A stretch of DNA of 64,000 bases from contig OZ037765.1 of assembly GCA_964035545.1 (NCBI GenBank), positions 7,574,698 to 7,638,697 on the forward strand, written 5' to 3'. Below the pieces are notes generated by a model. It ran no database searches and was not told where the DNA came from. It saw only the letters and a list, made by a program, of their open reading frames with translations. The DNA comes from Bugula neritina. Taxonomy: Eukaryota > Animalia > Bryozoa. The position numbers and the translations under genes were made by a program. Shown in pieces: positions 50,887 through 63,958 of this stretch. The stretch's first letter is position 1; every line of letters starts with the position of its first letter.

Positions 50887-53800
50887 CTAACTGTCTTGGA
50901 ATCTTTCATAAGGAATTCGATTGGTTATAGAATGAAAAATCTGCGAAAGCTCTGCCATATGGTTTTGTTTGCTTATTTTGTGACTATATGATTGTCTAAA
51001 AAACCCAACTATCAGTAAAATTAAAATGACTGATATAACGATCAGCCAGGCTAGGAGCCCCAGCAAGATGTTGCCATTCGAAGTCTCCAAAGATCCTGAA
51101 GCTGACTGGGAGAGTTGGGCACCCGCCAAAGAGTCTACAAAATATGCCAAAGAGTCTACAAATATCCTAGAAACATAAAAACACTAAACAAAACCATACA
51201 CACACAACCCATGAAATCTCCAGATTAAAGTACAAAAAGTAGACATTATAATATTAGTATTTAACTTCCTTCTACTTGTTTTCTGGGGCTTGTGACCTCA
51301 AAGCTTAGTATGAAATAACCCTAGTGGTGGCATCAAGAGTTCAAACGTAACAAAAATATAGTTTACTGGTCAACACTGCCCAGTAAAAAAGCCTGCATTT
51401 CTAAGAACAATGCAATATTGACCATAGAATAAAGGGGAAAAGGGGATATTTTTCTCTCGTTTACAATTACATAAGTTATCATCTGTAAGCTTAACTTACT
51501 TCTCCTTTAATGATTTAAACAAATTAATTGACCTTAAAAAACCCTTGATGAAGCATTATATACCAACCAGCAGGGGTTAAACAGAGATAGCTTCCAAAGG
51601 AATTAATACAGATCTCAGATTCAGTACAATCATTGAATTGCACAGCACATTCGTCCATATCTACACACGAGTGACCGTCTCTAGCCAGCTCATAGCCGTC
51701 GGAACAAGCACAGTAATAGCCACCATCTAGATTATTGCACCTATCTGCACATCCTCCATTTGCTTCAGAGCATTCATCAATATCTAGAAAATATTGGAAA
51801 ATTGTCAGTAATATATATGCTACTATGAAATAAACAACATTTTAACTGTCAGAGTTCAAAACTATCCTAAAATTAAATTGTCTAATTTTAGTAGAAATCT
51901 GTAAAAATCAAAGAACTTGAATTCACTTTAAAATATTTACATTGAACAAATTTTAAACATGAGATGCACATGAAAATAAAATGTAGTTTGTCACTACTAC
52001 TTTTAGTTTAAAAAGATAACAAAGTTTGAACAATGGCATTCAAAGTTACACAATGTGGTGCACGTCACAATGAACTTGGTGAAAAACACAAAATCATACT
52101 TAGCAACCTAATGATTCTTCTGTGAGTGAGCAGTAATAAAGTGACTAACAAGAAAAATAAAAGATGAATAAGCTTCTTGTATTTCAATTCCAGGTTCTTC
52201 ATTCTCTCAAACAAAAGATTGTGAATGTATATCTACTATTTATCTTGACTCACTGAGAATATACATCATGTAAGCTAAGACAAACAGCATGACAGCAGCC
52301 AATATATAAATACAAAAAGATTTATATATAATTTTCTAATAAATGACTATTACTAGTTGATACTAGGTACATCTACCCGCTTTATCTTCCCTCTAGTACA
52401 GGTGTATGTATTCATAAACCCTCTTCAAGTGTGGCTTGTTGCTACTACTGAAATATTTTCGTCTAGATAGTTTAATCATAACTCTTGAAGCTAGTCAACC
52501 ATGTTTTATCAAATAAATTATTAGGCCTGAAATGATTATTAAAACTTTCCAATGATGTAGCATTTGCAACCAAACACTATAGTATCTCCAGAAACTTATC
52601 CAGTGATTTAGTCAGTCTGTCAACACATGGGAGCATCAGTAGGGCTGAGAGAGAGGAGAGTTGGTAGAGAAATGTTTTGCAGAGACAATTTACCAATGAT
52701 TCTTAAAATATATTGCTGATAACTAAAATCAAATCCAGCTGCTCTGCATTTTATTTCAAATGTATCAAACTTTAAAACCTGTGAAGATATAGGTATGAGT
52801 TGAATGAGAGAACTCTACTCAGAGAAACAAAAATAGCCTGAAATGCACTATTGCTTAGTAACTAGTCAGTACTAGTACTAGATGACAGGGTGTTCAGCTG
52901 ATTGTAAAACTCTCATTATCAATGAATAATACTGCAATAAAGTACTTCTTGACATATCTAGCAAGGGAAATTGATAAATGATTGGAGAAAAACAGAAGGT
53001 AAAGGTATGGTAGAGTAAGGGTGTCAAGAGAGCGTGTGGAAACAGGCTGTGACAGTTATGGCTATCGTAAACTGGTGATTCACAATAGCTCAAAAACATT
53101 GAGCTTCAACACTTTATGCCTGGTTCCAAGAAGTTGCATAAGTTACTGCAGTTGTGAAAAGCCGATCAGCTGTGAGGAGTGCAACTTTCTATAAAGCAGA
53201 AGGAGGAAGTAATCTTACAATATAATCGTGCCTCCGATAAATATATTGGCAAGTTATTGGTTATATGCAAGTAGTGAGTTGAAAAAATGTCCACAATTGG
53301 AATATTTCATAGTCATACTTCAATAGTCACATTTTGGAGAAATTGGGCAGATTAGCTATACAGTTTACAACAGCAAACAGTGATATACAACTCCAAATTT
53401 CACCTGCAACAATCACTCGGAACCAGGCAGAGCACAACGCTCTATGTCACTGAGATTTCGTGAATGACGACCAAAGAATGACCAATTATTAAAATAGTTT
53501 TCCTTGAAATCTAGCACTTGGACAAATGATGCATGATTGGGCAACAGCTGTTACAGTACAGTATTAGCCAATATTGCATTTTGATTGATTTGTTTTGGAG
53601 AAGTTGCCAAAACAAGGTTTTACTATAAACTACAATATTCAGATATTGTTGCAGCTGATGATTAGTAAGAGGCAGTTGAAGATGGAGACTTATAAGTACA
53701 AACTGCAGCTGTACAAGTACTAACTTGCAGAGTCAACACCAGCTGGTGATATCGTTTCTAATCATCCAAGATATAGTATGGTTTAACTTCCACCAAACTC

Positions 53801-56800
53801 CTTGCAAAATGATTATAGGGCAGATGCTTGGTGCTATATTGGTAGGCCTGCATCATTAAACTAACTTGAATGATTTATTTTTCCAACAACTAAAAGTCAA
53901 TTCTGCACAAACACAATGCTGACAGCCCTTTGAACAGCTGCTGAATAGAGTCTAGAATGAGAGATGAAAAGCTAGAAATAGATATTGTAAATGCTTTTTA
54001 TCTGTTATACACTTAGGCATGCAGTTAAAATCAACTTCTTACCTCTAGCTTCAAAAGAGACAAATTCAGATACAAAATAAAGTAAAAACTAAAATAGATA
54101 TATTTTTAAAGCTATAAATATAAATTTTTATATCAAATTAGAAAGATGAGGAAAACATTTGGTCTCATGGCAAAATAATAATGAATGATGTCAACCATTG
54201 ATTAAACAGGCGTTTTATAAACTAAATAGAGTGCCAAGAAACATGGTGTTATTTATAATACAATGTAGATGACTGTAGAGATAGCAATTAGTCAATTTAC
54301 ATTACAACACCAAAACAAATTATTTATATATGTATAATATGAAAACAATTGCATTGAAATAAGCTTTTAAAGATTATTGGCAACTGGTTGAAGTTACAAG
54401 CCACGCCTACAAAATATTATCTATAAGCATATTGCAGATTTCTAGTTACGTGTATATAAATAATATTAAATATTAGAAAGATGACTAAGCTAATGACATT
54501 TTGCTACCAAAATTGCATTTCCAAATGCCACATCAGTTAAACAAACATTATTTTTAACAATTTTCACGTTCAGCTTCATGTTTGATATCTTCCCAGCAAT
54601 ATCCTTTCTGCTAAATGACTGAAAAGTATATTTCATACCCTGGTAGGTTATAAATAGATTCAACTTTTCGATGTCAACTTTCAGCAGTTTAAAACTTGGC
54701 AAGCATAAAGGAAATGTAACTCCATCAGCTTACTACAGATGCTGTAGTTTGATAGTAATGAAAGTCTGAGACTTAATGCAAATCAGGGGTTATAAGAAGC
54801 CTCAGTTTCAAATCCATAACCTACCTATACATTGGTTGGAGACAGTGTCCACAATTTTACCCTCCGGACAACTCAATGTTTCAGCTTGAATTGCAGTCGC
54901 TGTAGCTAAAAGTATAATATTGAAGACTTAGCATGAACACAGCAACAATTTGACAGAACCCAAATATTCCACAAATACATTGCACTGTAATCACCCTAAA
55001 TACCATCTGTTGTAAAAACTACTAAAGAAATAAAAGCATAGAATATGGTAGTTTTTGACCTATTAATACATAACCAAAATGGTAATGCACGGAATATGTT
55101 AGCTGTGTGTTATTTTTACCATGAGCACAGTACAGGTCAACATTATGTAACAACTCAGAAATACCTCACAACCCTAACTACATAACTTAAAGGGCAATAG
55201 GACTTAAGACTAGATTTCTACAACGCAATACCCTAGATATGACACTCCTCGCACCACACCTAGGCTGATGGAATAAAAACTGCGGCAATAGGAAATCAGA
55301 TGTTCATTTATAGAAGGCAGCAAAACTGAGCTTAAAAACAATGCGCATTGTGCTGTCTTCAGTTGTCAGTGCCAACATTTTAACACGTATCTCTTGTGCT
55401 GCCGTCTCCCTGCTGACAAGGGCTAGACAGCTTCCTGTCAACTAATGCCACTCAAACTTGTTTGAGATCAAAATATATGAAGTAAAATTAAAGACAGTCA
55501 GTAGCTGATCATAGTATCAGTTTGTCAATGAGTATTGGGAAGATGTTGGTATACATTGTGTTAGGAGGTGATGGAGCGGCTGTGATAAGAAGTTTTAAGA
55601 ATCTGACTAGTTGGGTTTCAAAATTTCTGCTATAATCTATAGATTTTAATTACAAAAAATTTAATATCCAGCTGTACCAGCAAACACCAGCCACTCGGCT
55701 GAGCATATATAGCCAGAACTTGTTTACGGGTATCAAGTGAGACAAAATAGCAAAACACGTAGTGTATTATTTTTAGCAATTTAGGACCTCAAATACTGAG
55801 AACTTTGAATCAAAGTTGCTAAAGCAGTATTGTAAACTGTATTTCTTTGACATAGAAGCAATATGCTTAGTAGAGCAAATATCTTTAGGTCAGCCAATGA
55901 CTTAGCAGTTAATTTTATCACTCAAAGTTCACAAGACTCTGATATGCACCCTCAGGCATATAGCATGATTACCTTTACTGGATACTAGATTCTGTAAGGG
56001 AACGCAGACATGACTACCCATACTATTCACACAGGTCTCTTGCCCAGAACATTGATGTGTGGCAGCGCGACATTCATCCTGATCGATACATGTCTTGCTG
56101 TCATTGGCTAGAGCATAACCCGGCTGTGTGCACAGGCAGTAGTAACTCCCAGCAGTGTTTATACATTCATCTATACATCCTCCATTATACACTGCACATT
56201 CGTTCAGATCTAAAAGGTCATAGTCAACATTACAGCAGAAGTAAGAGAGGCTAGTAGAAAGCCTAGTGGTAGAGTTCAGCCATTCTATCACATCAATAAT
56301 ATATGACAATTTTGTTACTAGAAAAATGTTTGGTGGAAACTGATAAGTGTGTAAAATTGATTTAAAAATTGGCAGTTGATGCAGTATTATTTATAAACAC
56401 AGCTCTGCTTCCACAGTTGAGAATTTATACTTTAAATTCAGTAGCATTTGTACAGCAGAACCAATGAAGAGAATCTTTCAGTTTGAAATATCCCTGGTAA
56501 TGACCTTAGCAACGAAAGTTGCAACCTTAACCAACCTTCCCTCTCTCCCTTAACTCAAAGCAAAGAAAATATTGATACAAGAACTAATTAAAAGATTTCA
56601 TACAAAGCTATATAAATCAGATCAATTATGAATAATTAAAACAGGGGAATGTATCAAGTTTTTTTCTTTTTATGGCAGATTTTGGGTTATTCCATTGTTA
56701 AATCCTGTATTGTATGTAGAATAAACATTCAGTCCTCCTGTACATATATAACTACTAGAATCAAAATCACAAGAAAGAAGTAGGTTCTAATTTATTTATT

Positions 56801-59800
56801 TCTGCTAAAGCAATGTGAAAATGTATGTTTCTGTGTGACAGCTATTAGGGTTACAAAACCAAAGCTGCATCCTTGTTGGACAATGTTATTCATACTATAT
56901 TATGTGTTTGTAATATGAGTAACATATATCATATTATTTATTTACTAATTAAAATTGTCAATTAGAAAACCTACACCATCCTCCACCCCCACCAACCCAC
57001 TCCATGTAAGAGTATTGGCATCAATACAAACATCAAAGTTTATTGGAGAGGATACAATAATTCACTTCAACCCTCAACACATTAGAATGCAAATGATGAA
57101 CTCTGGATGTTGAGATATTACAATTTTAATATGGCCGCCCAGTCAACAAGCTGCCAGATATCAAGTGATCACATGAGATGCAACGCAGAAGTACTATACT
57201 ATTGTATAGAATATCAACATGTTTTCGTTCAATCAGGAAGCATGTCTATTTTTCCAAACAGCTATCAACATTTTACAAAGTTGCTACCTTTTGAGGCACA
57301 CTGTGTAGACACTCCTGGGAATATTTAGAATAAAACTTGATTAAAATTACCACCTATGATGTATCAGAAATTCATTAACTAAAATTAATTCAGTGGTTAC
57401 AACAACTTAATACCCAAGTGTAATGAATAGTGCTATATGTGACCAAAACATAACAGGTGGAAGTTCATCAATCAATCACCACTATTGCAGATCTTATTCT
57501 ATGCTGAAACCTGTAACAAGTGTTTCCAAACCTTAATCTGTTAATTAGTTGCATTAATTTGCATTTAATAGCCTAAGCTAGATAAGATGCAGTACGGGTG
57601 TTGAGGAAAACGCCTTGTGCTGTTTGACTTTTCTTTCAAGCCCAAAGTCTTGAAAACATTTTGAACTTTTGATCAAACTCATAACTTTAATTGTTCCTGG
57701 AATTACTCATCTCTCGCTCATTTCCACATCCTTTGTATTAGTCACCATATATTCATGTTATAATATGTTAATAGTTCTCCAATAATGATGATAAATACTT
57801 CCTTACAAGCAATTCTTTTGATAAATGTAAGAATAGTTGCAAGCCTACCAATGCAATTTGTCTCAGTCTCATCAATTTTATAGCCGCCAGGGCATGTGCA
57901 GTAGAAACTTCCAATAGTGTTTATGCAAATGTCAGAGCAAGGAGCATTCCCAGCTGTACATTCATCCTCGTCTACAGAAGTGCAGTGTACAGGTAAACTA
58001 ACAACATATAACACCAGGATACTTTATAGTGTATAGTGATATAAGACATGGGCTTATGGCGAATAAATGAAAGAACATTGCATGGTAAAGTCTATCACAA
58101 TCTTACTTAATGCAAGTTTTAATATGCATATTGAATTAATATATCTTTCAATAAATCTATTGACCTTGGTATGCTGGTCCCATTTCTCCTTTTATGCCTT
58201 GGTCTCCTTTAGCACCAGGTGAGCCAAGTTGTCCAGTAGCACCTTGAATGCCAGTTGCTCCTGTAGAGCCAGTAGAACCAACAAGACCAGAGAGTCCAGT
58301 GGCACCCATGTTTCCTGGAGCACCGATTGCGCCCACATCACCTTTGATGGACACACCTGGAGCTCCTTTGGCTCCTGTAAAAGAAGAATATAGTTTACAA
58401 GCATTGCAGGAAAGAGAATGGTCACATTTCCTCAATACTACTTTGCTGTGCATCATATTTCCTTCAGTACTTCAAGTTACACGCTGATATAACTGACGCT
58501 ACTGTAATATATGATCACAAGATGTACACACAACACTGTTTTAAATAATTGGAAAATTATACAATAAATTTGAGCCAAAAATATACAAACGTCCATACAC
58601 TAAATTTCTTAGTTGCCATTGCAAAATTTCTGCTTAAAATGCAACTAAAATGAAAATGATTGTAGCTACACAGTCAATTGGCAACTACTATCTGCACACC
58701 TTTTGAAGTATTCCATTTTTTGACAGCAAAGGAAGTAACTAAAATGATAATTTACACCAAAAAATAAAACCATACTGCTTGTGAAGAATTGATGTATGCA
58801 ATAACAGGTGATCAAAGCTTCTGACATTACCTTTAGCTCCTTTTTCGCCTTCGAGTCCTGGTATTCCAGTTGATCCAGTTGCTCCAATGGAACCCATCAG
58901 TCCTGTAGATCCAGTAGCACCAGTAGAGCCGGTGACTCCTGAAGCTCCAGAAGCACCAACTTTGCCATCTAAACCATCTTTACCATCTATCCCATTAAGC
59001 CCTAAAAATGATTCACGATTCCAAACACTTGTGCATCGATATTATCTACTTATAATTGAGAAGTTAAATATCTGATGTATATTGCACTCTTACCAGGACT
59101 GCCAGGAAAACCATCGTTACCAGGAATTCCTGGTGCACCAGTATCACCTGGTGGACCAGGTTCGCCTGGAATACCTGGAGGCCCAGGTATATTACCACCT
59201 GTACTAGGGGACTCAGTGGGAGAGGTACTTTCTGAAACAGCTGTTGAAGGAAGTGTTACTGATATATATACAGCACAGTCTTCATTTACCAACCCATCCC
59301 CATCAGTATCTATAAATTGAAATGTAAATAACTTTAAACAATTTCAGATGTAAAAACAGAAACGGATAATGAAATATGCTAGATGAATGATATTTTAACA
59401 AGGAAGAAAAGAGAGGCTGTGACATTAAATTAAATTGCTTTTGTCATGGGAGGAACTTTCATCTATGTTTAATGCTTGGGTGTTGTCAGATAATACAAGC
59501 CTTGTGAGTTTGTAAGTTTATTAAATTTAGTAAATGAAGTCATACTGTCACACCACTTTATAACCAACCAACCAATAACAAAAGCCGTAGAAGGAAGATT
59601 ATTTATAACATTGGCACTATAACGTGTAGATACAGGCATATTGGTTTTTTAAAAAAGCCTAACTAAAATCTAATACAATAAAGTTTATCAGTAGATATCA
59701 CAAGCAATAAGTTGCAACAGATTGATTAGGAAAAAAAACAAACAAAAAATATTCCGCACCGGTTTCGGAGTTGTCATCTTCACATATCTCCTCATCAATT

Positions 59801-62800
59801 CTTCCATCACAGTCATTGTCAATTCCATCTCCTAGCTGAGTGGGGCTAACATCACAAGGCTGCGTATACCAAGAAAATTACGGTGTTATGGCAAGATTAT
59901 TATGCAAAAATCACATAAACTTGAAATCAGCTGGTGGGTTGAGGCTCACAGTTGTTAGCAAAATATTTCAAGGCGAAACAAAGTTTTTAACAGGTGCTTT
60001 AAACGAAAACTTAAAAGTGTATATAGAACACAAATGAAAGTCTTCAATCTAGTGTAATGAACGATATAATTCTATATTCTATAAAAAGCAAAAATAAAAA
60101 TACACATTAATATATACTAGATCAGCACAACGCATTCAAAGATAAAACTCAACTAACAAACTTATGCTGCATAGTTAGTTTTATTATCTAGATACAGAGC
60201 TCTTGTGTGTTCACAATATATTATGTTACAGCATGTTGCAATTTTTAACACATGTATCTCCGATCACAAGTTAATGAAATTCTCAACTCCCACATATCCC
60301 ATTTCATACTCTTAGAGACTACAGAGCTAAGATAACAAATTTTGAAAATGGAACTCAATAGAAAACGATAGCATTCCAAAGGCAGTTCTTTTTGTCAGAG
60401 GTCAAGGGGGTATAACCCTCACAACTGTTTGATTGAAAAAGAATCTGAAGTCAAGCTCTCAGTTTACAAATAATGATTCCTGTAGCTCTCCATTACAGCT
60501 ACATCATTGAAGAAGAATCATCCAAATGATGTTAGAACGACCCTTGACCCCTGAGCATGAACTTGAAGAGTAAATAATGAAAAGTTTAATTGTTATGTAC
60601 ATAACCAGTGTACAATACATTGTAAGTTCATTACACTATTGTTATAAACAGGATGTGTGATGAACTTTTACGTGCCTGTGACACATGCACATAACTACTT
60701 GCATTAATTATCAACATGATTTTGATTATGTGACTAAGACAATTATTGCAACTGCCCACATCATTTCGAATTACGCAGCTTCTGTGGTCAAACACAGGGA
60801 TTCAACAATTGACCAGAATGATCAACGCGATGAGAAATATAAAACTATATATTATTTAATATAAATACATCATAACAACAAAAAATATCTAAATTAATTT
60901 GTTGGCTAACGAGAAATGCAGAAATATAGATACCAAAAGAATCATTCTTTTCGTCAAGTTGCATTGCAAAACAAAATGATGAGAAGTTCCCCATCGATAT
61001 ACCAAACTGACATGTGTTTTTATAATAATACTACAAAAAACAGCCAGTTTCATATTCTGTAGAAGGCAAGTCAACATAACACACCGCAAATCATTTACAT
61101 CATTGTGGCCTGTTTATTTTATATATACATTTATATGTCAAATGTGACTACTTTGCTATTGTGTGTATAAGTAAGTGCTTTAAAAAAGCCATAATATTTT
61201 TTCAATCCTATGTTTTTATATAGAAACTACAACTGCTGCACCTCAAACGGCCTCGTCACCAACCTGTGAAACTCTAGCACTGATATTACTGCTAACTGTG
61301 ATAATACTATCCACTTACAGCGTTTATTCTAGCAAGTCTCATGCCAGCAGCAAACCCATAGCTTTCTTTATCGGCATTCCCATACACAAGTACACTGAAG
61401 GTCACCGTGGGGTCAACATGCTGAATGGTGTGTGACCCTCGGCTGATGAGGAATGACGTACCAACATAGTCTGTGCCTGTCACGGTGTACCATGTGCTGA
61501 ACAACTCTGGTAAATACTACAGAAAGACAACGGCTGGTATTTAGTATGTACAGAGTTATTTTTTCATATAAAGCACTAACAAAAGAAAGACAACTCCAAA
61601 ATATCAAATTATTGATATATAAAAGTAATGGAAAATTTCAAGAAAACTGGGCAAATATTGAGCAAAAGCAGGTGAATAAGCTATGCAGTAAGCACAGCAA
61701 AAAAAGGAAAGAGTAATAAAAGCATTTGTTTACCCAGCAGTAATTTCTAAAAATGTATCTAAGAAAAATCTTTAGCTAGTTTTACATGCCATATTTTTAT
61801 TTCAATTTATTATAGCCACTTTGAATTTTTTAAAGCATATCTTGAATTACTTTAAAACCAAAATTCAACTCATCTAATTTTCAAAATTCTATGTCTCATG
61901 ATCAATCTCAAACAACTTTATCATACCTACACTCAATAAATAAGCACAATTCCAGATCTCATTTACAAAAAAAACCTGCAATATTTTTCTCAAACTAAAG
62001 CCTCTCAATGCAATAAAAGCTTTGCAATCCATTCTAGTAGCTAGACAAAAAATGGCGTTTAGATATGACGTTTTTGTTTTCAAAACTTACAGATATAGGT
62101 AAAAGCATTAATTAATCAGTTCCAGGAATGTTGTTTATCTAATTTAAAACATTGAAATTAATGTTTTAATTGATACTCAATTGTTTCTATGCTATACTTT
62201 TGATACATAATATTTTGCCTTTACATCAACACAATCCAATCAAAATTAAAATGATATTAGACTTTATTAGATTTTTTACTTTGACTTTGAAACAAAATCA
62301 ATTTCAATGACTAGTTGTTTTCAAACTAAGTAAAATATGAATCAACTCATAATGAACTAGCAGATTGAAAAGGGAATTGCAAATAGTGCTAGACTCATTT
62401 ATTCTCATAAACAGACCATAAATTTAGAATTGCAGAATAAAAATTCATCTAGTTATTAACTTCAGAGGTTTTTTATGTGCTAAAAATACCAATGCATGAT
62501 TCACTCTGAACAGTACTCAACAGCAATGACTATAAACATAAATAATATTGCATATTTATAACTATTGTGTTATAAATAGATTATGATAGATAGTCCTACA
62601 ATCAGCTGTAATAAAGTAGCTTGTAATTATACAGTATTGCCATGGCTTCCTGCCACATCACAATTGTCCTAAACACACCACACCTTATCTAAAGTGAGTA
62701 ACATATTGTTACTGTCAAGTAATTGCACCACCGGGGAATCAAACCTCACACTTCTAACTTAACCAAGTGACTACCCATTACACTACGGGAGAGGGGGGGG

Positions 62801-63958
62801 GTTGAAATTTCAACCCAACAGCTACATTGCACACACATACCCTGTTATATATAACTTATATATAACACACTTAATATAATAATAACACTGCAAATGTTGC
62901 TAGTGAGTTAGAACTCGTGCTTGTTATTATGTTGAAAACGTTAGCAAGCCGTGTTATGTTTGGTCTAAGAGAGAACCAATAGTATACTGCATATCAGAAG
63001 CGAGTAGCCAGCTAGAGTAGAGGTTATACAGCACCTGGCCATCAAAGAGAAGCCCGCTGACTTGATCAGCTGGGCACACCATCACCATGTAGTCTTCAGT
63101 GTCAAAGTTACTTGGATCTTCTCCTGTAGAGCCGGCGGTAGAGAATGTGTACGCGTTAGCCCACTGTTCTACTGCAGGCAATATAATCATGGTAGGGTCC
63201 CCTACCTCTGATACACTTCGCTGACTCTGAGAAATCTACAGTCATGTGTTGTGGAATTGTGGCTAGCCATAGATATGAAAGTATAACCAGCCGCAGCACG
63301 TTTGAACCCCCGCCCCCAAACATACATCTTAGCACCAGTACCCGAGAATATTTTAACAATGGCTACCTTGATTTAATTAGAATAATGACAAGTTTCGTAC
63401 TTTTTGTCAAAGAATTTGAAAGTAAATGACTGAAACACATGGACCATGAAATCACAAATGCAGTGGCAAATGATCATTATTGGAATAAACATGTAAATGT
63501 CAAGGTTTTTCAAGCAACCTCAGTGCAGATGTACCAGAGTTGCCAAAGGATATCAATATATTTGAAACCAGATCATTTTAATCAAAAGGATAATAGAATC
63601 TTTATAGTTTGATTCAGCTTTCTTGAAAAATATTCAAATTTTAGCATATCATTTACATGATGAGCCGTCGAAGGTGTAAGAAGGGGAAACTCATCAAACA
63701 AAAAATAGTACATCAAACAGAACTGCCAGTATTGTATTTCGATTCATACAAAAGCACTAAGAATAGCAGAAAGTGTTCCTACTTATACCTGTGTTACAAG
63801 TATTGGTTTTGTAGACGAAATAGACAAGTGCTCGTCTGAAGGTATAATGTAGGTCTTGGCTTCACCCGCATTCAGGTAAAATGTAGCTTTAGTAATTATC
63901 ACCACCATTGTGTCATTCTCAGCAGCCATTATGTTGAAATAGTCACCAGTAGTTCTGC
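50887..63958 (-). CDS. 5'-partial type I membrane protein: IgGFc-binding domain + DNDCDG/DxDGDG acidic motif pair + Ser/Thr stalk + collagen triple helix + 5 Ca-EGF units + TM + short tail (12 exons visible, about 730 aa)
   Basis: Exons on the minus strand: 63958-63789, 63235-63035, 61516-61319, 59859-59760, 59309-59094, 59001-58831, 58374-58165, 57971-57849, 56209-55973, 54905-54825, 51783-51568, 51155 (or 51134)-50887. All are GT-AG and phase-compatible. IgGFc-binding motifs: GDYFNIMAAENDT, LNAGE, STKPILVTQ, GDPTMIILPAVEQW, VYGNADKESYGFAAG. GDGIDNDCDGRIDEEIC. About 51 Gly-X-Y triplets. D-x-D/N-E-C EGF starts. TM: ILLGLLAWLIVISVILILLIVGFF. The gene continues beyond the window end. Confidence 0.9.
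51125..51165. repeat. 21/20-bp tandem duplication over the last splice acceptor
   Basis: gccaaagagtctacaaaatat (51125-51145) followed by gccaaagagtctacaaatat (51146-51165). Confidence 0.95.
62724..62790 (-). mobile_element. tRNA-derived SINE head / tRNA pseudogene
   Basis: Minus strand tcccgtagtgtaatgggtagtcac (A-box-like) ... gaggtttgattccccggtggtgca (B-box/T-arm-like). The acceptor and anticodon stems do not pair, so it is not a functional tRNA. Confidence 0.55.

Noticed and set aside
58248-59320. Plus-strand Pro-rich ORFs (58248, 58887, 59075), including one that looks collagen-like
   Set aside because: They are antisense shadows of the minus-strand collagen exons. Splice signals support only the minus strand.
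60395-60554. 14-bp inverted repeat (tcagaggtcaaggg / cccttgacccctga)
   Set aside because: No TSD was found. It is probably internal to an old repeat and is not enough to define an element.
62724-62790. Functional tRNA gene
   Set aside because: A/B boxes are present but the acceptor and anticodon stems do not pair, so it is treated as a SINE head.
63188-63202. GDPT as a GDPH-type autocleavage site
   Set aside because: GDP(S/T/F)M is a normal motif inside IgGFc-binding domains. The autocatalytic GDPH belongs to vWD domains, which are not seen here.
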